DNA of 63,514 nt from Octopus bimaculoides. Taxonomy: Eukaryota. Location of the stretch: NCBI RefSeq assembly GCF_001194135.2, contig NC_068985.1:39678024-39741537 (forward strand), written 5' to 3'. The translations under genes and the position numbers were made by a program. The notes below the pieces were generated by a model that was given only the letters and a program-made list of their open reading frames with translations, made no database searches and was not told the DNA's origin. Positions 53,862-63,514 of this stretch are shown in pieces (positions within the stretch are counted from its first letter, which is position 1; every line of letters begins with the position of its first letter).

Positions 53862-53886
53862 GTAGGTATGCGTGGTGAATACACTG

Positions 53887-53929
<43 letters not shown>

Positions 53930-53939
53930 NNNNNNNNNN

Positions 53940-53979
<40 letters not shown>
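53887..53979 (+). repeat. (TAT)n microsatellite (contains a 10-N gap)
   Basis: Direct reading. Confidence 0.97.
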
Positions 53980-54810
53980 GGTGAGCTGATAGAATCGTTG
54001 GCCGAGGTCGACTTTGCCTTTTGTCGTCCTTTCTAGGACGATAAAGTAAATACCAGTTCAGCACTGGGGTCGATGGAATCGACTTAACTCCCTTCCCCAA
54101 TATTTCAAGCCTTATACCTATAATAGAAAGGATTGTTTATTCATTCATTTATTCATTCATTTATTCATTTATTTATTTATTCATTTATTTAAGGCGGCCA
54201 GCTGGCAGAATCGTTAGCATATTGGACAAAATGCTTTGCGGCATTTCGTTCGTCTCTACATTCTTTTTTGAGGGTGTCGATAAAAAAAGTACCAGTTGAG
54301 TATTGGGGTCGATGTAATCGACTTAACTCCCTCTCCCAATATTTCAGGCCTTGTGCCTATAGTAGAAAAGACTATTATTTATTTAAGGCGGTAAGCTGGT
54401 AAAATCGTTAGCAAGTTCGACATTTCTTCAGGCTCGTTAAATTCTGAGTGAAAATTCTACCGAGATCGATTTTGCCTTTCACACTTTCGGGGTCGATAAA
54501 ATAAAGTACCAGCCAAGTACTGAGGCTGATATTTTCAACGTGCTCCTCCCTTCAAAATCACTGACAAAATTAGAAAGAGTTATTACTTATTTATTTAAGG
54601 CATCGAACTGACAGAGTCATTAGCAAGTGAGCCAAAAGGCTTAGCGGCACTTCTCCTGGCTCTTTACATTCTGGGTTCAAATTACGCCGAGGTCGACTTT
54701 GCATTTCATTTTTTCGGGGTCGATAAAAATAGAGTACCAATCAGGAATAGGGATCGATGCAATCAACTTCTCTCCCCGCTCAAAATTCCTGGTTTTGTGC
54801 CAAATGATGA
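53978..54810 (+). mobile_element. Four head-to-tail SINE family C copies in intron 5
   Basis: About 53978-54130, 54191-54370, 54384-54560 and 54596-54810, each preceded by TTATTTATTTAAGG-like spacers. Confidence 0.85.
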
Positions 54811-55093
54811 TGGAATTTTGCTGTTTGTGTCAATGTTATTTCTTCGTGTTATGTCATCTGAGTTCTTTTTATCTTTTTGCCTATATTTGATTAATAGTTT
54901 CATATAGAAGTCAGCCTTACAGTGGTAATCATAGCCATCTTACAATATGTAAATTTTACAATGTCAGCTCTATCTCTGCTCTATCTCATGTAAGGAGGAT
55001 TATGATGATATTTTTAAATTACCACTTACAATTTTTCTCTATTTCTTTCAATTAATTAACAATTTTTCTCTTTTTTTTTCAATTAATTAACAG

Positions 55094-55450
55094 ACACACA
55101 AAGAGGAAATTTCAGCGGCTTGAATCGAATATTGTTAGTTTGTCACATAACGTTACTTGTTTGACATCGCAAGTCCGTTCTTATAACGGGCTTCACAAAC
55201 AAATCGATACACTGAAACAAGATCTGCAAGATATGAAGAATTCTTTCGAACAGTTTCACATCAATAACAAAAATAGCAATATCGTCAACAACACCAACAA
55301 TAATAACAGCAACAACAGTCACAACAACAACAGCAACAGCAGCAGCAACAACAATATCAACCAAACATACATCAGGAAAATAAGTTTCGAAAAATTTCGG
55401 TGTTGGCTGCCTTCGTTAACTAATCGGAAACGTGTGCATAAATTGACAAG
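55094..55450 (+). CDS. Coding exon 6 of SAM gene (predicted coiled coil HTKRKFQRLESNIVSLSHNVTCLTSQV...LKQDLQDMK, Asn-rich tract, ...RVHKLT-R)
   Basis: Acceptor after T-rich tract aattaacag|A, 357 nt, donor AAG|gtatgt, phase 2-2; overlaps ORF 55140-55472. Confidence 0.9.
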
Positions 55451-55940
55451 GTATGTTATAAATGAAAAATAATCGATATTATTATTATTAATCAGTAGTT
55501 TTTATCACGTGGTTTCACTGCACTACCGAGCGCTGCTATGTGTGCCTTGGAGTTGTGCTGCGGCTTGTTTTGATGCTGTTCTTTTTACTGTATAAAAAGT
55601 GCTTTAGGTAGGATATTATACGGTGCCTGTTGTTATATTACATCAGTAGAAGTAACAGTATCAGCAGTAGGAACAGTAACAACAGCAATAGCAACCCTGT
55701 AGTGGTTAAATGATGTGTATCATGGTAAACAGATGCAAAAGGAACGTGTATGCCTTTGAAGTAAGCAAAAGAGTGAATCGTTTCATAAATAAAAAATAAT
55801 TTATTCACTGGACTTAATTTGTTGTTCGTACACATAATTCTTCACTACATGCAAAATGTTGACAACTGCTACGAGTTGCTAGAAATAAAAAACAAGGTAC
55901 ATCTATAGAGGTGATATATCACAAATGAATATATGTTTGC

Positions 55941-55987
<47 letters not shown>

Positions 55988-56651
55988 NNNNNNNNNNNNN
56001 NNNNNNNNNNNNNNNNNNNNNNNNNNNNNNNNNNNNNNNNNNNNNNNNNNNNNNNNNNNNNNNNNNNNNNNNNNNNNNNNNNNNNNNNNNNNNNGTCGTG
56101 TAGTAAACGTTCGTCGTTTGGCTGCTAGGGCCTTCTCTCTCCTTCTGTCTTGTTAACCACTGAATTTATAAGAATCGTGGCAGCTAGAAGGACAGACATA
56201 CTGCAGCAGAGTTTGTACCTAAATAGGTCAGCTCCTGTCCATTTGAACTTCACCTGACATGGCCTCAGGTCGTAGGTCAAAGGGAGATGATGAATCACTT
56301 TTTGACAGGACAAAGATAACCTGTTTTCGCGCTTGTTGATCGTGGTGGTTTGGACGACCGAAAATTCTTAGATTCGGTTTCGAATCTTGGCTTGGAGAAG
56401 GAAGTGTTAATTTTTACAACACAAAAAACTGCAACACGGCAACAACAATAGAAAGGCTTCTTTCACTGGAATAGTCACCACAAGAAAATTATGCAGTCTC
56501 TTCCTGTAAGATAAGCGAACAAAATTATAAGACTGCTTGATTTGAGTAAATTGAAAGGATAAGGTCTGAGCTTGCACTTCCTCCTGAAACTCTGACGGCA
56601 TATGCTCGACAACTGGTATGTATTGCTGCATGAGATTAATAACCCGTCGGT

Positions 56652-56808
56652 GAAGGTGCGTGGCTTTGTGGTTAGATTATTCGGCTCATGAACCTTCAGG
56701 TCGTAAATTCGATTCCGGTGCCGCGTTTTGTCCTTGAGCAAGACACTTTATTTGTCGTTGTTCCAGTTCTCTCACCTGGTAAAATGAGTAGTACCTGTAT
56801 TTCAAACC
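56652..56808 (+). mobile_element. D-head + start of A-tail (truncated chimera)
   Basis: ...AAAATGAGTAGTACCTGTATTTCAAA, the same junction as 28360-28735. Confidence 0.65.
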
Positions 56809-56879
56809 CTACCATATTTGTAGGGAAGCAGAATAGAGAACCACTAACCTTAACGATTTTTTAGTGTCCACAATTTAGA

Positions 56880-57588
56880 CTGGTCGCGTACGCAGACCAC
56901 AAGTTTGTGATTCGCATGATCGACCTACAGAGGCTGCATAGGTAAAGACGAGTTTACAGAAAACTGAACGCATCTTTCCAAGTGTGAAAATCTTACAGGG
57001 GCCAGATTAGAAAAATTAGCGGTGAGATTGACCTTTGACCAATTCTCCAATGCTAAAGATGAAAGTTGCGATGTCAGAACTAGAGTGCGTGCTCTTAAAT
57101 ATGAGAGAACGAAAATCGTTTGATGGGTCCGGCCGTTAGTCAGAACGTAGAAAGAAATCCACAATTTGGTCTTTGACGGATCGGGGGTAGGCGCCTAGTA
57201 CTCAAATCCAAGCATATGTTTGCGGCTTTCCAATGATACTTCACTCAGCCGTTTGAAATGGGAGACAAGAATGGTCTTCACCGCCTACCGCGACGGTCTG
57301 CCGCGATTCCCGATTGGGGACACAGAGTTCTAAGAATGCCGATAATAACTGATGAATGACAGGAAGCGTTGGCAGGCTACACAATGGAAAACTCGCTGGG
57401 TCTGACTTACGAGCTATATCTTTGTATGCCAGATTTGTTCTGGCCCCTTTTGGCAGATGTTTATTGTAACTGACTGCAGAACAAGGGAAATCTCAGTCCT
57501 GCGAAAAGAGGTGTGGTAGTGCTACTGAGAAAGAACTCGATCTAGGGGTATGATTTCAATAGGTTCAGGCCCGCAATTCTGCTAACTG

Positions 57589-57590
<2 letters not shown>
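56880..57590 (+). mobile_element. L1/Tx1-like LINE remnant (RT N-terminal region)
   Basis: GLTYELYLCMPDLFWPLLADVYCN*LQN...KRGVVVLLRK...FRPAILL, matching the RT domain-0/1 pattern GLPYE...RGVV.LL.K...FRPI.LL. Confidence 0.7.
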
Positions 57591-57645
<55 letters not shown>

Positions 57646-57922
57646 NNNNNNNNNNNNNNNNNNNNNNNNNNNNNNNNNNNNNNNNNNNNNNNNNNNNNNN
57701 NNNNNNNNNNNNNNNNNNNNNNNNNNNNNNNNNNNNNNNNNNNNNNNNNNNNNNNNNNNNNNNNNNNNNNNNNNNNNNNNNNNNNNNNNNNNNNNNNNNN
57801 NNNNNNNNNNNNNNNNNNNNNNNNNNNNNNNNNNNNNNNNNNNNNNNNNNNNNNNNNNNNNNNNNNNNNNNNNNNNNNNNNNNNNNNNNNNNNNNNNNTA
57901 TGTAACGTTACAGTAGTAATTT

Positions 57923-58307
57923 GGTGGAGGCGCAATGGCCCAGTGGTTAAGGCAGCGGACTGGCGGTCATAGGATCGCGGTTTCGATTCTCAGACCGGGC
58001 GTTGTGAGTGTTTATTGAGCGAAAAACACCTAAAGCTCCTCGAGGCTCTGACAGCGGTTGGTGGTGAACCCTGCTGTACTCTTTCACCACAACTTTCTCT
58101 CACTCTTTCTTCCTATTTTTGTTGTACCTGTATTTCAAAGGGCCAGCCTTGTCACACTGTGTCACGCTGAATCTCCACGAGAACTACGTTAAGGGTACAC
58201 GTGTCTGTGGAGTGCTCAGCCACTTGTGCGTTAATTTCACGAGCAGGCTGTTCCGTTGATCGGATCAACTGGAACCCTCGACGTCGTAAGCGACGGAGTG
58301 CCAACAA
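57923..58307 (+). mobile_element. SINE family A, full length, ~80 nt upstream of exon 7
   Basis: TSD cagta(g/t)taattt. Confidence 0.92.
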
Positions 58308-58384
58308 CAGTATTAATTTATTAGCACAAGAAACCAACCATTTTATTGATTTCAGTACTTTCAAAATTTGTTTCTAATTTACAG

Positions 58385-58442
58385 ATTCTTTGGAGAAGAG
58401 CCACCGCTTCTGGAAATATTTTTACAGAAATTAGGTTACGAA
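58385..58442 (+). CDS. Coding exon 7 (58 nt; FFGEEPPLLEIFLQKLGYE, start of SAM domain)
   Basis: Acceptor ctaatttacag|A, donor GAA|gtaagt, phase 2-0; encodes a SAM helix-1-like FLxxLGxE motif. Absent from the ORF track. Confidence 0.9.
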
Positions 58443-59734
58443 GTAAGTAACAGTTCTGTATTTTGCATGTAAATAATATTTAGTGAAATTAAGAATATTA
58501 CTTAATGCTATTTTTTTTTCTGTTTTATGTTGTTGCTAGACACTTAACTTGAAGAAGAAAATTTGAATTATCACCTACAGTTTATAATTTAGGTGGAGAG
58601 ATAAATTGAAGGTTGTAATGTTCAAATCCTACACAAGATATGATATATCATCATGCGAAGGTTGAAACGGTATCGTGGTCACCGACTTACCTTGAACTTA
58701 CATTTTACTCCACAGTTCTTAACTTACCTTAGTTCTTTACATTTTGTGAGATGCACAAAGCAGCAATCAATTTGCTGTACTTCACTCCGCTTCCGTCCAA
58801 CAGACTTTCGTGCGTTTCAGGTCTTCCTAGAATGTTCGACGCTAATTGCTCTTAGACGCGCCCCACCACCAAATTTCCTTCTTCCAGTGTTCTCGTAATT
58901 GCAGTCTTTTCATTCCGAACGGTTGCCAAGTGCAAAAATGTGACCTGCTTAGTGAAATCGATGAGGTTTTCACAGTGTTTTTCAACGAGTGGAAAACTAC
59001 TCACAACCGTACTCATTCTTGAAAACAAAATCCAAGGATGCGGCGTAATGATAACTGAGTGAATGCATTTAAAAATAAATCTACTCGATCAGAGCTGACA
59101 CGAGGCTCAACGCTGAAGCAAGTTTATTATACAGTGCTTCTGTACGTTTGATTATTATGATAGAACTAGATCTTTACGTTGCACTTATTTATAAACGAGC
59201 CAACAAAAAAGACTCTTTATATAAATAATAGCCAAATCTCTCTCAAATCATACTCTACTGTCTGAAGAGCATACACCAGATAACCATACAGTTATATATA
59301 CTTTTGATGGTTATGTCTTTAATGACAGATCTACTTGATAAGGATTGATCTGAAGCCAAACAGTTTATTTACAGACGGACACAGCTCTACGTGATCGCTA
59401 GATCTAACTAAAAAACGTAGTTAAATCTTACTTGTCTCATGAACAACTGTCTTAAAAATGGACACATTGGGTTGTGTAAACCGAGACACACTATTTTGGG
59501 AAACAAATAATTTGGTCGTGGATGGAATGCTTTTGGTTATATCTCTGTTCAATTATGACTGACTTTGAGTAAACAACCACAGTTTATTTACAGGTAGATA
59601 AACCGAATTAAGGGGCTCGTCGTGATCACTATGCAATGCATAGGACAAAGATTCGAACCCACGACTGCCCTACTGGTAGCCTAATATTCTACATCGTTTT
59701 ACTATAAAACTCTCTTTTCTTCTCTTATCTTCAG

Positions 59735-59902
59735 CGTTATGTTACCAATTTCTCAAACGAACACATAGGAATGCTTGAACTGCCTTACATGACAGAAGAT
59801 CGCCTGAAGAGTATCGGGATACCAATGGGCCCAAGGCTACGCATACTCCAAGAAGCGCAGCTTTGTTTTCGACAAGAAAACTTTGATATCTATATTGTTT
59901 GA
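59735..59902 (+). CDS. Terminal coding exon 8 (RYVTNFSNEHIGMLELPYMTEDRLKSIGIPMGPRLRILQEAQLCFRQENFDIYIV*), SAM domain
   Basis: Long polypyrimidine tract + cag| acceptor, phase 0, typical SAM pattern (Y..F..E.I...L...T...L..IGI..GPR.RIL), TGA at 59900-59902. Absent from the ORF track. Confidence 0.93.
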   Translation, partial: RYVTNFSNEHIGMLELPYMTEDRLKSIGIPMGPRLRILQEAQLCFRQENFDIYIV

Positions 59903-59929
59903 ATGAATGAAAATTACACCCCTCTCCTT

Positions 59930-59933
59930 CTCC

Positions 59934-60021
<88 letters not shown>

Positions 60022-60045
60022 TTCGCTCTCTTTCTCTCTTTCTAG
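59930..60045 (+). repeat. (CT)n tract immediately after the stop codon (3' UTR)
   Basis: Direct reading; first AATAAA follows at 60172-60177. Confidence 0.95.
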
Positions 60046-60822
60046 TAGTTCTTTATTGTTCTTCTCCCTCATTCATTCTCTCACTTCATCTCCTTCTCTT
60101 TAATTTTTCTCCCTCCTTTCTATCTATTCCTCTCCTTCAAACATACAAAACACATACGCACACGTATGCATAATAAACACATGAATCTGTAAACTCAAAG
60201 ACAATTAATCCGTATTTATCTAACATATGTACGGGGCATGTAATTATAAAAAATTAAAAAAACTGCGGTCATCAACCTAACAAGAGAATTTATTCAGAGG
60301 TGAACAGAGTTCGTTAGTCGATATCAATTCCCGGTTACAGCTAGATTGCTTCATTTATACCACTCACCTTTGGAAACGGCACGAAGTTCACAATCCCCAC
60401 CCCGTATATAAACACGCACATCTTCTCATGTATAAACGCACACGCACACGCGAGTACACACATACACACACACAAATAGCTTTCAGATGTGTGTGTGTGT
60501 GTGTATGTATGTAGTGGTCCTCTTAACTTTCGCTCTACATGAAAATATCCTGATAATAAAATTCATCAAACACAGGCTTGTGCAATATTAAAATGGAAAA
60601 AAAATACTTGACTTTCGAATGATTTGTGTTGGGTTGTTGTTTCTTTCTTGCAATCTCTTGTTATTTGCTTGCTTACTTATCTGTAATTTAGTATGTCGCT
60701 AACAAAGTGATAAGATTCAAAAGGATTCTTGAGATTCGTGGATATCTGAATTAGTTGTGCATGCATGCATGCATGCATGTATGTATGTATGTATGTATGT
60801 GTGTGTGTGTGTGTGTGTGTGT

Positions 60823-61210
60823 GGAGGCGCAATGGCCCAGTGGTTAGGGCAGCGGACTCGCGGTCGTATGATCGCAGTTTCGATTCCCAGACCGGGCGTT
60901 GTGAGTGTTTATTGAGCGAAAACACCTAAAGCCCCACGAGGCTCCGGCAGGGGGTGGTGGCGAACCCTGCTGTACTCTTTTACCACAACTTTCTCTCACT
61001 CATACTTCCTGTTTCTGTTGTGCCTATATTTCAAAGGGCCAGCCTTGTCACACTGTGTCACGCTGAATATCCCCGAGAACTACGTTAAGGGTACACGTGT
61101 CTGTGGAGTGCTTAGCCACTTGTGCGTTAATTTCACGAGCAAGCTGTTCCGTTGATCGGATCAACTGGAACCCTTGACGTCGTAAGCGACGGAGTGCCAA
61201 CAACAACAAC
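60823..61210 (+). mobile_element. SINE family A, full length, downstream of the stop codon
   Basis: Same consensus with (AAC)n tail. Confidence 0.92.
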
Positions 61211-61271
61211 TGATTATAAGTCTGCTCGAACATGTCGGATATAGAGCTAAACAACAACACACTTATATGTC

Positions 61272-61455
61272 CCCCCAACATCGCTTGACAACCGATGCTG
61301 GTGTGGTTACGTCCCCGTAACTTAGCGGTTCGGCAAAAAGAGTCCGATAGAATAAGTACTAGGTTTACAAAGAATAAGTCCTGGGGTCGATCTGCTCGAC
61401 TAAAGGCGGTGCTCCAGCATGGCCACAGTCAAATGACTGAAACAAGTAAAAGAGT
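61272..61455 (+). mobile_element. SINE family B 3' half
   Basis: CCCCAACATCGCTTGACAACCG...ACAAGTAAAAGAG. Confidence 0.85.
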
Positions 61456-61899
61456 ATTATTATTGTTTATTTTTATATATATATATAAACAGGGAGAACA
61501 AGATAACAATTTAATATACTCGTGTTTGTATGCGCAAGTTTATAGATAAAAAGTGAGAGGAAGAGAGGGAAAAGAGTGGGCGGGTAGAAAGAGTGAGGGG
61601 GAGAAAGAGAGAGGGAGAGAATACATAAGAATGAAGAGATCAAAGAGATGAAAGATTGAGATATAGATAATTAATAAGTCTAAACTGCGAATATAAAATT
61701 TAAAAAAAGTAAAACTTATTAAAAAAAACACGAAAAAATGGAAACAAAAAACAAAAACATCGTGCGATAAATATACTTGAAAAATGGGAGTGGGTTTCTA
61801 AAGAAGCCACGTAAGCTACGAGCGTGACACAGATATATCAACTTTCAGTGCAAAGCTAGAAATGATATTATAGTAGTTATAAAAACGACTGGCTGTCAA

Positions 61900-61971
61900 G
61901 GTCTCATGGTGTAATGGTTAGCACTCTGGACTTTGAATCCAGCGATCCGAGTTCAAATCTCGGTGAGACCT
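61900..61971 (+). tRNA. tRNA-Gln-TTG: tRNA-Gln (anticodon TTG), intact
   Basis: GGTCTCATGGTGTAATGGTTAGCACTCTGGACTTTGAATCCAGCGATCCGAGTTCAAATCTCGGTGAGACCT; 7-bp acceptor stem, A and B boxes, TTTTT terminator at ~61983, TATAAAAA about 20 nt upstream. Confidence 0.97.
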
Positions 61972-62603
61972 AGGAGTGTTACTTTTTATTAAACTGAATT
62001 TAAATTTAAACTATACATATATACATTTGTTTATTAGAGTTGCTACACTGTTCAAAAATTATTTTCTCATAGATATCCGATGACTAGTTATTCATATTTT
62101 TTTGACATAAATCTAGAAAATTCATACCTACACAAGTATGTATCACCCTCCCCCAACCCCCTCGCAAANNNNNNNNNNNNNNNNNNNNNNNNNNNNNNNN
62201 NNNNNNNNNNNNNNNNNNNNNNNNNNNNNNNNNNNNNNNNNNNNNNNNNNNNNNNNNNNNNNNNNNNNNNNNNNNNNNNNNNNNNNNNNNNNNNNNNNNN
62301 NNNNNNNNNNNNNNNNNNNNNNNNNNNNNNNNNNNNNNNNNNNNNNNNNNNNNNNNNNNNNNNNNNNNNNNNNNNNNNNNNNNNNNNNNNNNNNNNNNNN
62401 NNNNNNNNNNNNNNNNNNNNNNNNNNNNNNNNNNNTGAAAAAAAATTATGCTGTATGTCAGCATGTATGTGCACGTGCGCGTCCAACTTTTTTTTTTTTC
62501 TTATTTTCGCATCAAATTCCGATATAGTCATAACCTACACTTTCTGAAAGGTATTTGTCGAAAATTTTGCATAAAAAAAAATATCCATTTTCCTGAAAGT
62601 TAT

Positions 62604-62770
62604 GAAGGTGTGGTAAGAAGTTTCCTCCCAATCACAGGGTTTAGGGTTCAGTCCCACTACGTTGTAACTTAGGCAAGTATCTGCTATTATAGCTTGGGCC
62701 GACAAAAGTTTTGTGGGTGGATTTAGTAGACGGAAATTGTAAAGAAGACCTCGTATATGTGTGTGTGTGT
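62604..62770 (+). mobile_element. SINE family B 5' half, diverged
   Basis: GTGTGGTAAGAAGTTT...CTTAGGCAAGTATC...GGATTTAGTAGACGG. Confidence 0.7.
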
Positions 62771-62789
62771 GTACATACATAGATAGGAT

Positions 62790-63225
62790 GCCATGAATAA
62801 ACTGTCGTCTAAATTACGCAAAAAGGAAAATAACACTGACATCTCATTTTAATATGTATATTTACCAAAATTACATAAAAAATATCTTGAAAAAAAGTAA
62901 ATTTATTCCATAAAATCGGCATTGGCCTCAACCACGGCCTCCAGACGACTTCAGAATCTCCTGCAACTCTTCTGGACGGTCACCTTGTTTAAATTGGTGA
63001 ATGCTGCCATAACCCTTGCCTTTTTTCATCTTTTTTCATATTATGCGCCCCACACATAATAATGAAGGAGATTGTAGTCTGGGGAGTAAAGTGGCCAGAT
63101 GCTAGGGGTGATGTGGTCGCGGAAATTGTCTGACAGCCATGCCTGGGTTCTCCTGCTTGTGTGGCATGGTGCAGAGTCCTGTTGCCAAACATAGAGTCTT
63201 CCAGCAGCTACCATCTTGAGCCAAA
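62790..63225 (-). mobile_element. maT/mori-like transposase C-terminal remnant
   Basis: AAGRLYVWQQDSAPCHTSRRTQAWLSDNF...IWPLYSPDYN...SRLEAVVEANADF. Confidence 0.85.
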
Positions 63226-63309
63226 TGACTAAAATTCAAGGCGGTGCCCCAGCATGGCAGCAATCTAATGACTGAAAAGATAAAAGATAAAAGATGATAA
63301 GCATCGTAA

Positions 63310-63514
63310 GAGTGGCTGTGTGGTAAGTAGCTTGCTTACGAACCACATGGTTCCGGGCTCAGTCCCACTGCGTGGCACCTTGGGCAAATGTCTTCTACTA
63401 TAGCCTCGGGCCGACCAAAGCCTTGTGAGCGGATTTGGTAGACGGAAACTGAAAGAAGCCCGTCGTATATATATATATATGTATGTGTCTATATGTTTGT
63501 GTGTCTGTGTTTGT
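63310..63514 (+). mobile_element. SINE family B, runs off the window
   Basis: GAGTGGCTGTGTGGTAAGTAGC... consensus. Confidence 0.9.

Overview
AT-rich, microsatellite- and gap-riddled eukaryotic genomic DNA, inferred to be an octopus (coleoid cephalopod) draft scaffold from its tRNA-derived SINE families and LINE content. The ORF track is almost all repeat noise. Manual splice-aware reading gives one multi-exon gene on the + strand with 8 phase-consistent coding exons (34972-59902, 1872 nt, 623 aa). It encodes a low-complexity N-terminus, a predicted coiled coil, an Asn-rich tract and a C-terminal SAM domain ending in -DIYIV; there is also a candidate non-coding first exon ending at 15910. An intact tRNA-Gln(TTG) lies about 2 kb downstream of the stop. 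The rest is transposon debris: about 40 SINE copies from four head/tail modules (my labels A-D), RTE, L1/Tx1, R4/Dong and Penelope LINE remnants, hAT and Tc1/mariner remnants, and MITEs. The most notable observations are: exon 5 clamped between complementary (AAT)n and (TAT)n tracts and carrying a tandem donor that adds a stop codon; a twin-priming-type inverted RTE insertion with three C2H2 fingers; all four head x tail SINE combinations in one window; and two adjacent long intronic fold-back hairpins. Several near-identical duplications flanking N-gaps are treated as assembly artefacts.
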